From contig OX597816.1 of NCBI GenBank assembly GCA_951406725.2, positions 60,078,001-60,142,000 of the forward strand: a DNA stretch of 64,000 nucleotides, read 5' to 3'. A program made the translations under genes and the position numbers. Below are positions 25,637 to 38,121 of the stretch, piece after piece; the first letter of the stretch is position 1, and each line of letters opens with the position of its first letter. Under the pieces are notes generated by a model, which saw only the letters and a program-made list of their open reading frames with translations, did no database searches and was not told where the DNA came from. The DNA is from Octopus vulgaris (lineage: Eukaryota).

Positions 25637-26585
25637 TTGGGCAAAGTTCAGAGAGCTCCTACTTCTGAGTGAAAGGCAGATTGTATGATGATGCCTGTGC
25701 GTGAAAAGCCATGCTACATGGCAGTGAAACATGGACTGTGACTGAGGACATGTATAGGCTTGAAAGAAATGATGCTAGTATGCTTTGCTGCATGTGCAAT
25801 GTTAGTGTGCATGTATGACAGAGTGTAAACGTCTTGAGAGAAAAGTTGGGCATAAGAGGCATAAGATGTGGTGTGCAAGAGAGATGACTGCAGTGGTATG
25901 GTCATGTAATGCGTATGGATGTGGACAGCTGTGTGAGGAAGTGCTGATCTCTACAAGTGGAAGGAAGCTGTGGAAGAGAGAAATCCAAGAAGACCTGGGA
26001 CAAGGTGGTAAAGCATGATCTGCTAATGTTGGGTCTCACGGAAGCAATGACTAGTGACTGAGACCCTTGTTGATATACCGTGCTTGAAAAGACCCGGCAA
26101 GCTAAATGAAACCATAGTTGTGACTATTATCAGTGTCATGTAACTGGCACCCATGCTAGAGGCATGTAAAAATCACCTTGCGAGCACTGGACCTCACAGA
26201 GGCAATGTGGCTGATCCCAGTGTCATGTAACTAGCACCCATGCCAGTGGCTCTTAAAAAGCACCTTTTGATCATTGGGCCTCACAGAGGTAATGACAAAT
26301 GACCAAGACCTTTGGCAGTATACTGTGCTTAAGAAAATCCATCAAGCCAAGTGAAATTGTAGTTGTGGTAGATAATGGTGTCACACAAACTGGCACCTGT
26401 GCTGGTAGTATGTAAAAGCACCCATTAAACTCTTGGAGTGGTTGGTGTTAGGAAGGGCACCCGACTATAGAAAGCATGCCAAATCAGACTGGAGTCAAGT
26501 GCAGACTGGAGTCAGCATACCAGCTCTGGTCAAACCACCCAACCCATACCAGCATGGGCAACAGACGCTAAATGATAATGATGAC
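25637..26585 (+). mobile_element. RTE-clade LINE 3' fragment
   Basis: Decayed WAKFREL..KGRLYD..AMLHGSETW..RLERNDASML..LREKLGIR..LQWYGHVMRMD, then the family 3' UTR and (TGA)n tail. Confidence 0.85.
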
Positions 26586-27113
26586 TAATTGGTCGATGTA
26601 ATTCTAAATGTTCTATAAAATAGGAGAGTCATGGCTGGAATACATATAATCATAGTTCTGCTCATTCAGAGCTGGACCAAGGCTAAATAATGACAACAGT
26701 TCTGAAGCTGTTGTCCAGCCTTCATGTTTTAATGTTTCCAACATTCACTTTATATTGACCTTTCACTTTTAAAACATGTCTGTTCCATAAATTAATCATT
26801 GAAGAGGTTCGCACGTGAAGTTTTAAAATGGAAATTAATGGAAAAAATGGACGCTCTAAAAAAAAAATGAAAATGAAAAAATATTCCATTTTGAAGCAAA
26901 AAATAATGCAATGTTCTAAAAATTTTATCAAATGAACATTTACTTCACAAAATGATTTTATGAGTGAAACTATATATAAAAAAAGAGATTTTGGCTCATA
27001 TGATCACAGATATAGTTGTGAGGTTGCAGAATTAACTTTGTAATCCCATGGTCCCAAAGGCTCTATAAGCAACAAGTAAAAAAAATGGTCCAAAGTGAGA
27101 CATATAAGATGTA

Positions 27114-27148
<35 letters not shown>

Positions 27149-27290
27149 ACACACACACACGCATGCAGACATGCAAGCAGAAACAAGTAGATGCACACAT
27201 ACACACAAGCATGTCTACACACTCATACACACATGCAGAGACAAATAAGAACAAGCATCAAGAGAAAAATACACAGACACATGCATGCAT

Positions 27291-27336
<46 letters not shown>

Positions 27337-27442
27337 ACACACATACATACACAAACATACACACACACATGCATGCAAAGACAGGCTTATACATGCAGAA
27401 GTACACACACACACACACACACAAACACACACACTCATATTG

Positions 27443-27741
27443 CTTGTTCCTTCTCAAGCCACACCTAGCTCATAAGGACCGGTTTCCCGGTTTCCTTGGC
27501 GTATAGGTTCTCCACCTGGATGGGACACTGGTCTGTTGCAGGTGAGCTGCAAGATGCAGGAGGAAAGAGTGAGAGAAACTTGTGGCGAAAGAATCAGCGG
27601 AAGTTTGCCATTACCTTCTACCGGAGTTGCGTGGAGCTTAGGTGTTTTGCTCATAAACATACACATCACCCGGTCTGAGATTTGAACCTGCGATCCCTCG
27701 ACTGTGAGTCCACGGCTCTAACCACTAGACCATGTGCCTCT
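27443..27741 (-). mobile_element. SINE family B
   Basis: High similarity to 21650-21959. Confidence 0.8.
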
Positions 27742-28033
27742 ACAGACACTCATATAGCGACAAACTGAGACAGAGAATGAGAGATCTTCATTTATAAGCT
27801 TTTTACATGTAGCTTTTTTGTTGTCAAAGATCAGGTCTAATTGAGCAAACTTATATAACATAAATGAGTCGATAGTTTGGCTGAAAGGCTCAGTGTGGCC
27901 CTAAATTAACTGCTTTAGATTTACTATGCTCTGCTTTACTGAAAACCATGTCACAAATGTTTACATTTCTGTACGTCTGCATTATTAATCATGTGGAGCA
28001 CTGTGGTGCAGCCTGTGAACGACACTTTATTCA

Positions 28034-28065
28034 CTAATCAGTGTATTGCTGTAGATCTGCAGAAT
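28034..28065 (-). CDS. Candidate alternative last exon (D-SADLQQYTD*) of the FAM155-like gene
   Basis: Minus strand: T-rich tract, (TG)n, ...cacaatcag|ATTCTGCAGATCTACAGCAATACACTGATTAG, with AATAAA at 28031-28026 just after the stop. Phase 1 compatible with the upstream exon. Very short, so could be chance. Confidence 0.3.
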
Positions 28066-28541
28066 CTGATTGTGAATACACACACACAAAAAATAGAAAA
28101 AAAAAAACCGGATACAGTGGACTGTGTGAGAAAGTAGAGAGCTGACATTTCTGTATGCTACTAAATATTGGCAATATGTGTTTCCCTGTACAATGTTTGG
28201 GTCTAATAAAGTGACCGTTGATACAGCAATACATTAGAGTTTCTTTTTCTTTTTTAATCTGGGTTGAATGGGTATGACGGTGTTGTCAGATTATGTGACT
28301 CAAGTATTTTCTATGTATGAATCTGTATAACAGTTTAGATTTTGTGAATGTAAGTCTATATATAATTTTTATAATTGGGTGTGTTACAGTATATAATTTT
28401 TATAGTTGGGTGTGTTACAGTGTGTGAAACAAGGTGGAAAAAAAGAGTACTCAAATACCAGTGGTAGAGTAATATGCTTTATTTAAAGCAGCAGAAAATT
28501 CAGTAACAGGTTTTGTTGAATTTTCTGCTGCTTTAAATAAA

Positions 28542-28589
<48 letters not shown>

Positions 28590-28804
28590 ATGTATATATA
28601 TGTATATATATATATATATGTACATATATATATGTATGTATATGTATATATATATGTATATATATATATATGTACATATATATATGTATGTATATGTATA
28701 TATATATATATATATATGTATGTATATGTATATATATATATATATATATGTACATATATATATGTATATAGATGTATATATATATATATATGTGTATATA
28801 TATA

Positions 28805-28971
28805 TCATCATCATCATCGTAACGTCCGTTCTCCATGTAGCATGGGTTGGATATGTATATAGATGTTCTGGGAAGCAGAGGCTGCACCAGGCTCCAGTCT
28901 AAATTTGGCAATGTGTCTACAGCTGGATGCCAAATTTAGACTGAGCCTGGTGCCTTCTGGCTTCCCAGAAC
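28805..28971 (-). mobile_element. RTE-family 3' end with internal fold-back
   Basis: (cat)n-aacgtccgttctccatg...; 28865-28910 is inverted at 28928-28971. Confidence 0.7.
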
Positions 28972-28973
28972 CG

Positions 28974-29004
<31 letters not shown>

Positions 29005-29020
29005 GTATATATATATATAT

Positions 29021-29460
29021 GTAGGTCCCGGGTTGAGTCGGGGTTAACCACAGTAAATAAGGTACTCAATACATAGCAGAGTAAATTAATTTATTTTATA
29101 GAAGGAGCTTCTACAGGACTAGAACTGTTTCACTCAAAAGAAATCATCAGGAAGCTAGGTGACAAGAATAGTTTTGGCATTTATACACTTAGGCAGGTTT
29201 AAGGGGTGGTGGTGGGGGACTTTTGGGGTAGGCATGGCGCAAACTATCATTCTTAGGGGAGTGGTCAAAGGAATCAGTGATAAAGTAGATAAAAGAATAA
29301 ATAGAATAATAGAGTTTACATACACATACCCACATACATCCATATACACATGTACATATACATTTACATACATCTACGTACTCACCCATACCCATACTCA
29401 TACATACACACAAATATCTACACACATATATATGTAAAATAAATAAATAAATATAAAAGA
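29021..29460 (-). mobile_element. Penelope-like terminal-repeat fragment with hammerhead
   Basis: Contains the 29106-29156 motif; partial copies at 13731-13790 and, inverted, at 31475-31696; preceded by (TA)n. Confidence 0.55.
29106..29156 (-). ncRNA. Minimal type-I hammerhead ribozyme motif (Penelope-like repeat), sense to host pre-mRNA
   Basis: AGCUUC-CUGAUGA-u uuc uuuu gag u-GAAA-cag uucuaguc cug-UA-GAAGCU: 6-bp stem I, intact core, GUA triplet, weak stem II. Confidence 0.75.
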
Positions 29461-29484
29461 GTATATACACCCCCATACACACAC

Positions 29485-29748
29485 GCTCTGCCAGCCTCGT
29501 CTGGCACCTGTGTCGGTGGCACATGAAAAACACCATCCGAGCGTGGCCGTTTGCCAGCCTCGTCTGGCACCTGTGTCGGTAGCACATAAAATCACCCACT
29601 ACACTCTCGGAGTGGTTGGCGTTAGGAAGGGCATCCAGCTGTAGAAACACTGCCAGATCTGACTGGACTGGTGCAGCTTTCGGGCTCCCCAGACCCCAGT
29701 TGAACCGTCCAACCCATGCTAGCATGGACAGCGGACGTTAAATGATGA

Positions 29749-29752
<4 letters not shown>
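29485..29752 (+). mobile_element. RTE-family 3' end, near-identical to 18566-18830
   Basis: Direct sequence match by eye. Confidence 0.8.
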
Positions 29753-29788
<36 letters not shown>

Positions 29789-29839
29789 TCATACACACTT
29801 ATATATATATATATATATATATCAACAATTGAGGGTAAA

Positions 29840-30324
29840 ATTATACCCTCAATTGTTGATATTATAATTCATTTCTCTCGGTCATACTGCCTCGGTTCTC
29901 GCGGTTAAAATATAATGTTTGCTAGATAGACCACGTGGGTGGAAGGGGAGTGCAGAAATTTACGCCTGCGCATTTTGAATTTGTTGACACTGTTAGTTGG
30001 AGTGGTTCATCTGAAGCGACAAGTTTGCTGATAGGTAAAGTTCCTTCTTTTTAGTGTTTCCAAATCCAAATTAAGAAATTTTGAGCTGACGAAAGAAATG
30101 CTGATTTTATTTGGCTAATCTTGAAACGTTAACGTACTCAAACGATCTATGTACTTGTGATATTTTTCTGTATTTACCTCCAAACCTTCGTGAGCTGTCT
30201 GGAGTAAGCATTATCTGAGAGAAATTTTTCTTTAAGTAGTAGAAACGCTAAGAAAATTTTTCTTGGCTGCTATTTCTACTAAGTTCAGTATGTGGCAAAG
30301 TAATTTATTTTACTAAGCCCTAAT

Positions 30325-30330
<6 letters not shown>
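29840..30330 (+). mobile_element. Penelope-like terminal-repeat fragment with one intact and two decayed hammerheads
   Basis: Intact motif 30080-30142; decayed ctgaagcg.. (~30011) and ctgagag..gaaac (~30215-30246); fold-back at 29821-29860; (TA)n on both sides. Confidence 0.55.
30080..30142 (+). ncRNA. Minimal type-I hammerhead ribozyme motif
   Basis: UUUGAG-CUGACGA-aaga...ucuu-GAAA-cguuaacg(palindrome)-UA-CUCAAA; all core positions consensus. Confidence 0.85.
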
Positions 30331-30360
<30 letters not shown>

Positions 30361-30366
<6 letters not shown>

Positions 30367-30523
30367 AGATAGGGGTTGAAAATTCAACCCACCATGGGAT
30401 AACATATATCCAATATACTGCTAGATAGGTACCCAACAAGACTAATACATAGATGTTAAAAATTGCCAAACAATCAGTTCATCTATTGTATTAGGATGGA
30501 CTTGGTGCAAACATAACTGTATC

Positions 30524-30554
<31 letters not shown>

Positions 30555-31186
30555 ATTAATAGTAATTTTTATTGACTTTTATAGCTTTATAATTTTATGA
30601 ACTGAACCATGGTTTTAATTATTATTATTATTTTTCATCTCCCTATGTGTTAGTTTTTTAAAACTATTAGCCAAATATGTTTAATAACTGTGCTTATTAA
30701 TATTAATATATACACTGATATATACTTTGTTTTATTTTGTTCTGTTTACCTTGCATTATTGTACCAATGAGTATTATATTATATAAGTGTAGCATTATGA
30801 AGTTTATGCATAAGTTTTTATATTTTACATTTTTATATTTATATGTATATGGAAAAATAAATTTTTTTCACAATTATAACAAATTTAATTCTCTGAAGAG
30901 GCCGTGGGGCATCCTTGTTAATGCCTCATTTATACCTACCTTTATGGCTTATAGGTTAAATGAGGTATGACTGCCCTCGCTGCCGAAACAGCTGTCAGAT
31001 TTGATTTAATTACATATTATATTTGAAATTTTATACTTATATCTCTTTGTCTATTTACATTTACTGTATATTTTGTATAATGCCTTTACTGATATGTAAT
31101 GGTGTAATAAAGTGTTGATTGGGTATCATCTGATAGTTGATGTTTTATTGATTTAAGTATGTTTCTCCATTTTCTAATTTTGTAGT
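30361..31186 (+). mobile_element. Penelope-like fragment with long-stem hammerhead
   Basis: Contains 30887-31002; its start (caacccac...tatccaatatactgct) is related in reverse orientation to the duplicated unit at 18890-19335; (TA)n on both sides. Confidence 0.5.
30887..31002 (+). ncRNA. Type-I hammerhead ribozyme motif with long stem II
   Basis: aauUCU-CUGAAGA-ggc..ggggca..[ccucauuua/uaaaugagg]..ugcccu..gcc-GAAA-cagcug(palindrome)-UC-AGAuuu; GUC triplet. Confidence 0.8.
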
Positions 31187-31222
<36 letters not shown>

Positions 31223-31694
31223 TATACATACATACACATATATATATTGTTTTTATTTGACCTCGACCAACGAAGCCGACACAGAGGTAGGTTTCTCCCA
31301 AGGGAGCTTGCTTAGCTGGCTTAAAAAACCATTTATTGCCCCTCTACATTCCCTTCTATCTTTCTACCCACTGATACGAACACAAATACTCACACACACA
31401 CACTCACACGCACACTCATACACATACACAGACGCACGTGTTATATTCATACATACATAAGTGTACCGACTAAGTGTACATGTGTATATGGATGTATGTG
31501 GGTATGTGTATGTAAACTCTATTATTCTATTTATTCTTTTATCTACTTTATCACTGATTCCTTTGACCACTCCCCTAAGAATGATAGTTTGCGCCATGCC
31601 TACCCCAAAAAGTCCCCCACCACCACCCCTTAAACCTGCCTAAGTGTATAAATGCCAAAACTATTCTTGTCACCTAGCTTCCTGATGATTTCTT

Positions 31695-31764
<70 letters not shown>

Positions 31765-31879
31765 GAAAACCGGTTTGAATAAATATATATTTATATATTT
31801 TATCAATTTCTCATTTCATAAAAATTTTCTTTCATTTGAGCATTCTGCATTTTTACAATTTTTCCTTGCTTATATGTAT

Positions 31880-31939
<60 letters not shown>

Positions 31940-31951
31940 ATTTTTAAATAG

Positions 31952-33150
31952 GTTACATGACCAGAGTATATTTTGTATGAATGTGTCAGTATTTCACTAA
32001 AGACTACATGACCATAGAATATATTCTATGTTTGCGTCTGTGCTTCAACACAGATTATGTGACTGCGAATATATATTTTCTATGTATCTGTTTCTAATTC
32101 AATAAAGACTATGTGCTTGTAAGTCTTTATTTTGTATGTGCTTTTATTCCAATAGATATTATGTGAGTGTAGTTATGGTTCGTATGTATGTCTGCATTTC
32201 ATTACAGATTACGTAGCTGTAAGAATATGTTTTGTTTTCGTGTTTGTATTTCAGCATAAATCATTTGGTATCTTCTGCATTGGATTACAGTCAAGCTGGG
32301 GCACCATCTTGAATGGTTTAGTCAGACAAATTAACCTCAGTGCTTTTATTTTTTGCTTTTTTTTTATGAGTTGAGTACATATTCTATCAGTCTCTATTGC
32401 CAAACCACTAAGTTATGGTGATATAAACAAACCAACACAAGTGTAGTGGTGGAGAACAAACACAAAGCTACACACACACAAACACACACACACACACACG
32501 CACACACTCATCCATCCATCCATCCATCCATCCATACATACATACATACATTCATACATACATACATAAATACATACATACATTCATACATACATAAATA
32601 CATACATACATTCATACATACATACAGACATATGTACATACATACATACATATGTACATACATACATACATAAATACATACATACACACACACACTCACA
32701 TACATACATACATTCATAGATACATACATACATTCATACATACATACATACATACACACATACATAAATACATACATACATACACACACACATACATAAA
32801 TACATACATACATACACACACACACACATACATACATACATACATACATACATACACACACAAACACATACATACATTCGTATAAATAACAGGCTTTCAC
32901 AAGTTTCTGTCTACCAAATCAATTCACAAGGCGGTAGTTGTCCTAGGGCTATAGTAGAAGACACTTGTCCAAGGCGCCACCCAGTGAGACAGAACACAAA
33001 ACCACATGGTTGCAAAGCGTGCTCCTTAACTACACAGCTATGTCTGGTAGTCGTATATTTCTTATGTGTGTTTTTATTTCAGTGTAGACGATATGACCAT
33101 AGTATATTTTGTATGTATGTTTCCTGTATTTCATTACAGAATTATTTCTA
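31952..33150. repeat. Degenerate ~50-bp minisatellite split by a SINE insertion
   Basis: Units like gactacatgaccatagaatatattctatg..tatttca repeat about 6 times (31952-32260) and resume at 33050-33150. Confidence 0.6.
32270..33045 (-). mobile_element. SINE family A with expanded (CATA)n centre
   Basis: Both halves recognisable around about 420 bp of microsatellite. Confidence 0.7.
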
Positions 33151-33929
33151 GATGATTGTAAGCATTTATAAGTGATTATATGAGTTTACAATAGAAGAAA
33201 TTTGCTAAAGCTGCCATATTGTGTGATCAAACGCATAAGAATGAGGCTGAAAAGCAAATCTTTTCAGCAACCACATAGTGATGCTTATGCTGATGTTGAA
33301 ATTGCAATCCAAGCCTACTTGAGACAAAGCCAAAGGAAACTCTGGTTCAAAGCACCTCAATCTAGTGCACATATTTCCTACAGGTATTAGTACAAAGAAG
33401 TTCAAACCAGATATCAGGAACTTCAACCTCACAAGGCTGAGCTTCTTCATGGACACTTGATCGGTTAGAAATAATAGCAATTTTCCTTAAATCCCACATT
33501 GATACTTTTAAAAAATGAAGAACATGTTCAATATAGCTCTAGATATCCATAACGATGGAATGATCACAAGTTGAGCACCTTTGATAATAGATCTGTTTAG
33601 TCAGGGCTGCAAAGAAAACCTTGAGTTCTACCCCATTTCAGACTAATTAATACAAATTAAAGTAAACATTTCTAATGTCGGCACCAAGCCAGAAATTCAT
33701 GGGACAGGGAATTAGTCTATCAAATCGACCTTAAGTACTTGACTGGTACTTTGACAACCTGTGAAGGATGAAAGGCAAAATTGACCTGGGTGAAATCCAA
33801 TTCAGAGCGAAGAGAACAAAACAAATTACAGCAAGGCATTCTAGCCAATGCTCTAAAGATTCAGCCACTTCACTGTCTTACTACTACTACTACCACTACC
33901 ACAACCACTACTACTTAATAGTATTAATA

Positions 33930-34500
33930 AATGCCCTGGCGCAGTACAAGGCACTGGTTCGCATGCCTTCGGATCTTAACTGATTGGAAGTGTTATCATG
34001 TACATTGTTTTGTCTTGATATAAAAGATGGGCTACAGCAAATATTCTGCTCTATACCACAGATTTGCATGTCAGTTGTTTGACCATAACCAGTTGAACAT
34101 GTCCCTTAGTGGCTGACAATATGTGCATTTCTGATCATGAGCAGAAGTAGTGGGGGAGCATCATAGCCATGTGTTGAGAGGGATTATTTGGGGTTTGAAT
34201 AATTCACCTCTGGAAACATGGGTGTTTCATTCGACATCCTTAAACAACCCTTATTCAGGGACTTTTTGAGGGGTATGGGCTACTCGACCAGAAGAAAATT
34301 CTAAGTGGGCCCCACCTGCAAGGTCGTGTGCTGTTTGTCTTGATATGAGATCACCATGTCACGTGCATATGGTTGTGATGCATGTGCCTGGTGTACCCCT
34401 ACCAGATGGGTAGTCATGATGGGTATACTGATCTTCGTATATTTGTACCCCAGTGTCACTTTGATGGCATGCACTGCTCTCTCACTCAATAATAATAATG
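33930..34500 (+). mobile_element. Dispersed ~570-bp repeat ending in (TAA)n; other copies 52254-52480 and 56025-56400
   Basis: Shared gggccccacctgcaaggtc...gggtagtcatgatgggtatactg...gcactgctctctcactcaataataat; 5' truncated with a common 3' end. Confidence 0.7.
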
Positions 34501-34631
34501 ATGATAATAATCATTTCAAAATATGGCACAAGACCATCAATTTCAAGGGAGGGGTGATATTGACCCCAGTGCTCAACTTATTTTACCGACCCTGAAAGGA
34601 TGAAAGGCAAAATCAACCTTGCTAGTGTCAG

Positions 34632-35300
34632 TTAGGAGTGAGAGAGCATTGAAAGCAGAGTAAAAAGAAAAAAACAAAGGAAGAAGCACAAAAAGGACAT
34701 GAAAAAACATGACACAATAAGGGACTTCACAACCAGTTCCATGTAGCCACTACAAAGGTTGCTGGAAAACATAGGTGGAATTGGCTGAAGAAAGAAACAC
34801 TGGAAAAAGAGACTGAGAGTGCTATAATGGCAGCACAAGACCAATCTTTGGCCATGAATTGGTGAGTCAACCTTAGGATTGAGCAAGTGTCTCCACTGTG
34901 CTGCATCTGTAACAGGCTGGATGATACCATTGCCCATATCATGTAAGAAAGCCCTAGACTTGCCCAAAACTACAATAAGTTGTGGTGTCATGATAAGGTA
35001 GAGAAAGTGCTACATTGGAAACTGTGCAAAAAGTGGGGGCTAGAGAGAGGCATGGTATGAAGACATGGTATGAGCACAAACTGCAGAGAGTGACAGAGTT
35101 GGAGACTTGTAAAATACTCTGGGATTTCCCAATCCAAACAGATCATGTGTTAGAGTTAGTGGTGGTTGACAAGATACACTACATGTGCTATATAGTTGAT
35201 GCTGCATGTTGCTTTGGCCCATGAATAGTCAAGAAGGAGGTTGAAAAAATAGATAAATACAACTGTCTTAAATACGAAACGACCCAGCTATGGAAAATGG
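34632..35300 (+). mobile_element. Second R4/Dong-like LINE relic
   Basis: KETESAIMAAQDQSL, HDKVEKVLHWKLC, WYEHK..CKILWDFPIQTDH, KKEVEKIDKY. Confidence 0.75.
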
Positions 35301-37089
35301 CAGGCGAGTGAATGAGCATGCGTGCGTGTAACTCCAAACCCATCACTTGAAAACCAATGTTAGCTTGTTTACGTCTCTGTAACTTAGCAGTTTGACAAAA
35401 GAGACTGATAGAGTAAGTACCAAACTTTAAAAAAAGCTAAGTACTGTGGTTTGTTAAACTGAAACCCAGCATGGTTGCAGTCCAATGACTGAATCAAGTG
35501 CAAAAACTTTTTCCTGACTTGGATTCCACTTGAGAAAATTTCAGCAGTGTCCTTGCCAGAGATGCTCAACAAAGACAATGTTAATTAAAGAGTATAACAT
35601 CATGAAGCATTTAAATTGGTATGGAATGTTACTTCTGTTATTTCCCCACCCATATCTGAGATGTTGATGAAACATTCCTTTTTTACCTCTACTTTCTTAT
35701 CAGTACATAATTTAGGATACATAATGTTTGATTAATTAATTAAGAACAAGCAGAAATGCAACATGCATAATAAAAGGTGTGAGATATACTACTATGCCAA
35801 CAAGATACATAACATCATTGAAAGAATTTTAAGGAAATATCTGGTCTTAACTTTTACAATCCCAACCCTCCTGAAATTGATATGATACAAATTCCCTATT
35901 TTAAAGTGATCTAAATTAAACCCTTCTATCAAAATTCCATATTTATCTACATTCCAAACACCAGTTTTGCTAAATTTTTCCTTATTTTCAAAATTAACTG
36001 GAACAACAGCAATGTATTTCAGCAGCTGTATGGTAACAAATGGGTAAAAAAACTTACAAATAGAAACAATGAGATGATTTATAGACTGATAAGCAATCAG
36101 AATGGATATTTTATAAGACTTGACCAGAAGAGGAATGTCAGTACCTATGAATTTTTTTTTTCAGCAGTGCTAGGCTTGTGACTGGTGGGAAAAATGAAGG
36201 AACATTTTGATATTGTCAGACCAGACACCTCGTCTGAATACTCTCAAGAGAGTTGAACTCAGAGGTATAGGAGGTGGTGTTTAAGTCTACCAGGTGGCAG
36301 TTTAAGTTTACAACCTACGAGCAAATCCAAGACATCTGTCGAACTGCCCCATAGTTTCTATCTACCCACTTTCTCCCACAAATTCTTGATCAATCCAAAA
36401 CAATGGTAAAATACACTTGCATTGTTGCAGAATGGGATTTAAGACAAGACCTACAGTTTGTGAAGTAAACATCTTCAGAACATGAACAGTTATAGTAGTT
36501 ATGAAGTAAATGAATCTCTCTAGATTTTGAAAATGAGTATTCCAACAATGGTTGGTGCAAATATGCGATCACACTTTTGCTTACCTACCTACGGTTAATG
36601 TAAATATACGATGTAGAGCTGCCCTACATCTATCACGGACTTTTTAGCGGCTAACATATGTTTACGTTCGCTATCATATACTTTATCTCTTGGGGTGCGC
36701 ACACTTGCCATCCCATGCATTATATTAGCTATTTTAGGTTATGTTCAAGTCATGAGACTAGCAGTAGACCAATGGCATGCGGATACTTTACATGCATAAT
36801 ACCGTGTTTTGAGTTGTACCACACGCAAGCTATTTTTTAAACTTGTGCATATCATATTATGATAAATAGCTTCACATAATTCGTTTTCATAAACCGGTAG
36901 ACATAAATGTACCATGCTGTGTTATTGTAATGGTGAACATAAATAGACACAAGCTCATTGGCACTTATGTGTTTGTGTGGCCTCATTAGACAAAAAAAAA
37001 AAAAATCGGAGCAGTGTCTCGCATGCTTCGGGTAATACCGGCATCAAGGGGTTAATTAATCGAAACTACCAGCTCACTATATTAGTATT

Positions 37090-37477
37090 TACCTGTTTTA
37101 GTCATTCGACTGAGGCCATATTAGTGTACCACCTTAGAGGGTTTTAGTCGAACAAATTGAACTCAGTACTTATTTCTTTTTAAGCTTGGTACTTATTTTA
37201 TTGGTCTCTTTTGCTGAACTGCTTAGTCACAGGGACATGAACAAACCAGCACTGGTTGTCAAGCTGGTAAATGAGAGACAAACATGGATACATACACATA
37301 CACACACACACATGACTGACTGCCACACAGTTTCCATCTACCATATACTCTCTCAAGGCATTAGTCATCTCAGGGTATAGGAGAAGATACTTGCCCAAGG
37401 TTCCACACAGTGAGATTGAACTTGAAATCATGTGGTAACAAAGCAGGCTTCTTAACCACACAGCCATGTCTGTGCCT
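37090..37477 (-). mobile_element. SINE family A, diverged
   Basis: Reverse-complement similarity. Confidence 0.75.
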
Positions 37478-37745
37478 AGATGTGTGTACTCTTAAGATAA
37501 TTCTTGAGCAGTATCAGCACGACACAATGTGTAAGACAAGACCAGACCTTTAATTTGCAAGAACAATCCATCCAAAAGGCTTTGCACAGTTTTCACTTCC
37601 TCACAAGGTTTGAGTCAACATGAAGTTATGGTAAAAAAAAAAACACTTGCTTAAGAAGTCATGCTTAAGACATCATGACTGAAAAGTGAACTTCTTAAAC
37701 ATTTGGTCGTGCGTTCATATTTATGAGATTAGTTAAGTAATCAAT

Positions 37746-38121
37746 GGTGCAGGAGTGGCTGTGTGGTAAGTAGCTTGCTTACCACCCACATGGTTCTGGG
37801 TTCAGTCCCACTGCATGGAACCTTGGGCAAGTGTCTTCTACTATAGCCTCGGGCCTACCAAAGCCTTGTGAGTGGATTTGGTAGACAGAAACTGAAAGAA
37901 GCCCGTTGTATATATGTATATGTATATAAATATATGTGTGTGTGTGTTTGTGTGTCCGTTTGTCCCACCACCATCGCTTGACAACTGGTGCTGGTGTGTT
38001 TACGTCCCCGTAACTTAGCAGTTCGTCAAAAGCGAAGTCCTGGGGTCGATTTGCTTGACTAAAGAGCGGTGCTCCAGCATGGCCGCAGTCAAATGACTGA
38101 AACAAGTAAAAGAGTAAAAGA
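37746..38121 (+). mobile_element. SINE family A
   Basis: ggtgcaggagtggctgtgtggtaagtagc...aacaagtaaaagagtaaaag. Confidence 0.85.
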
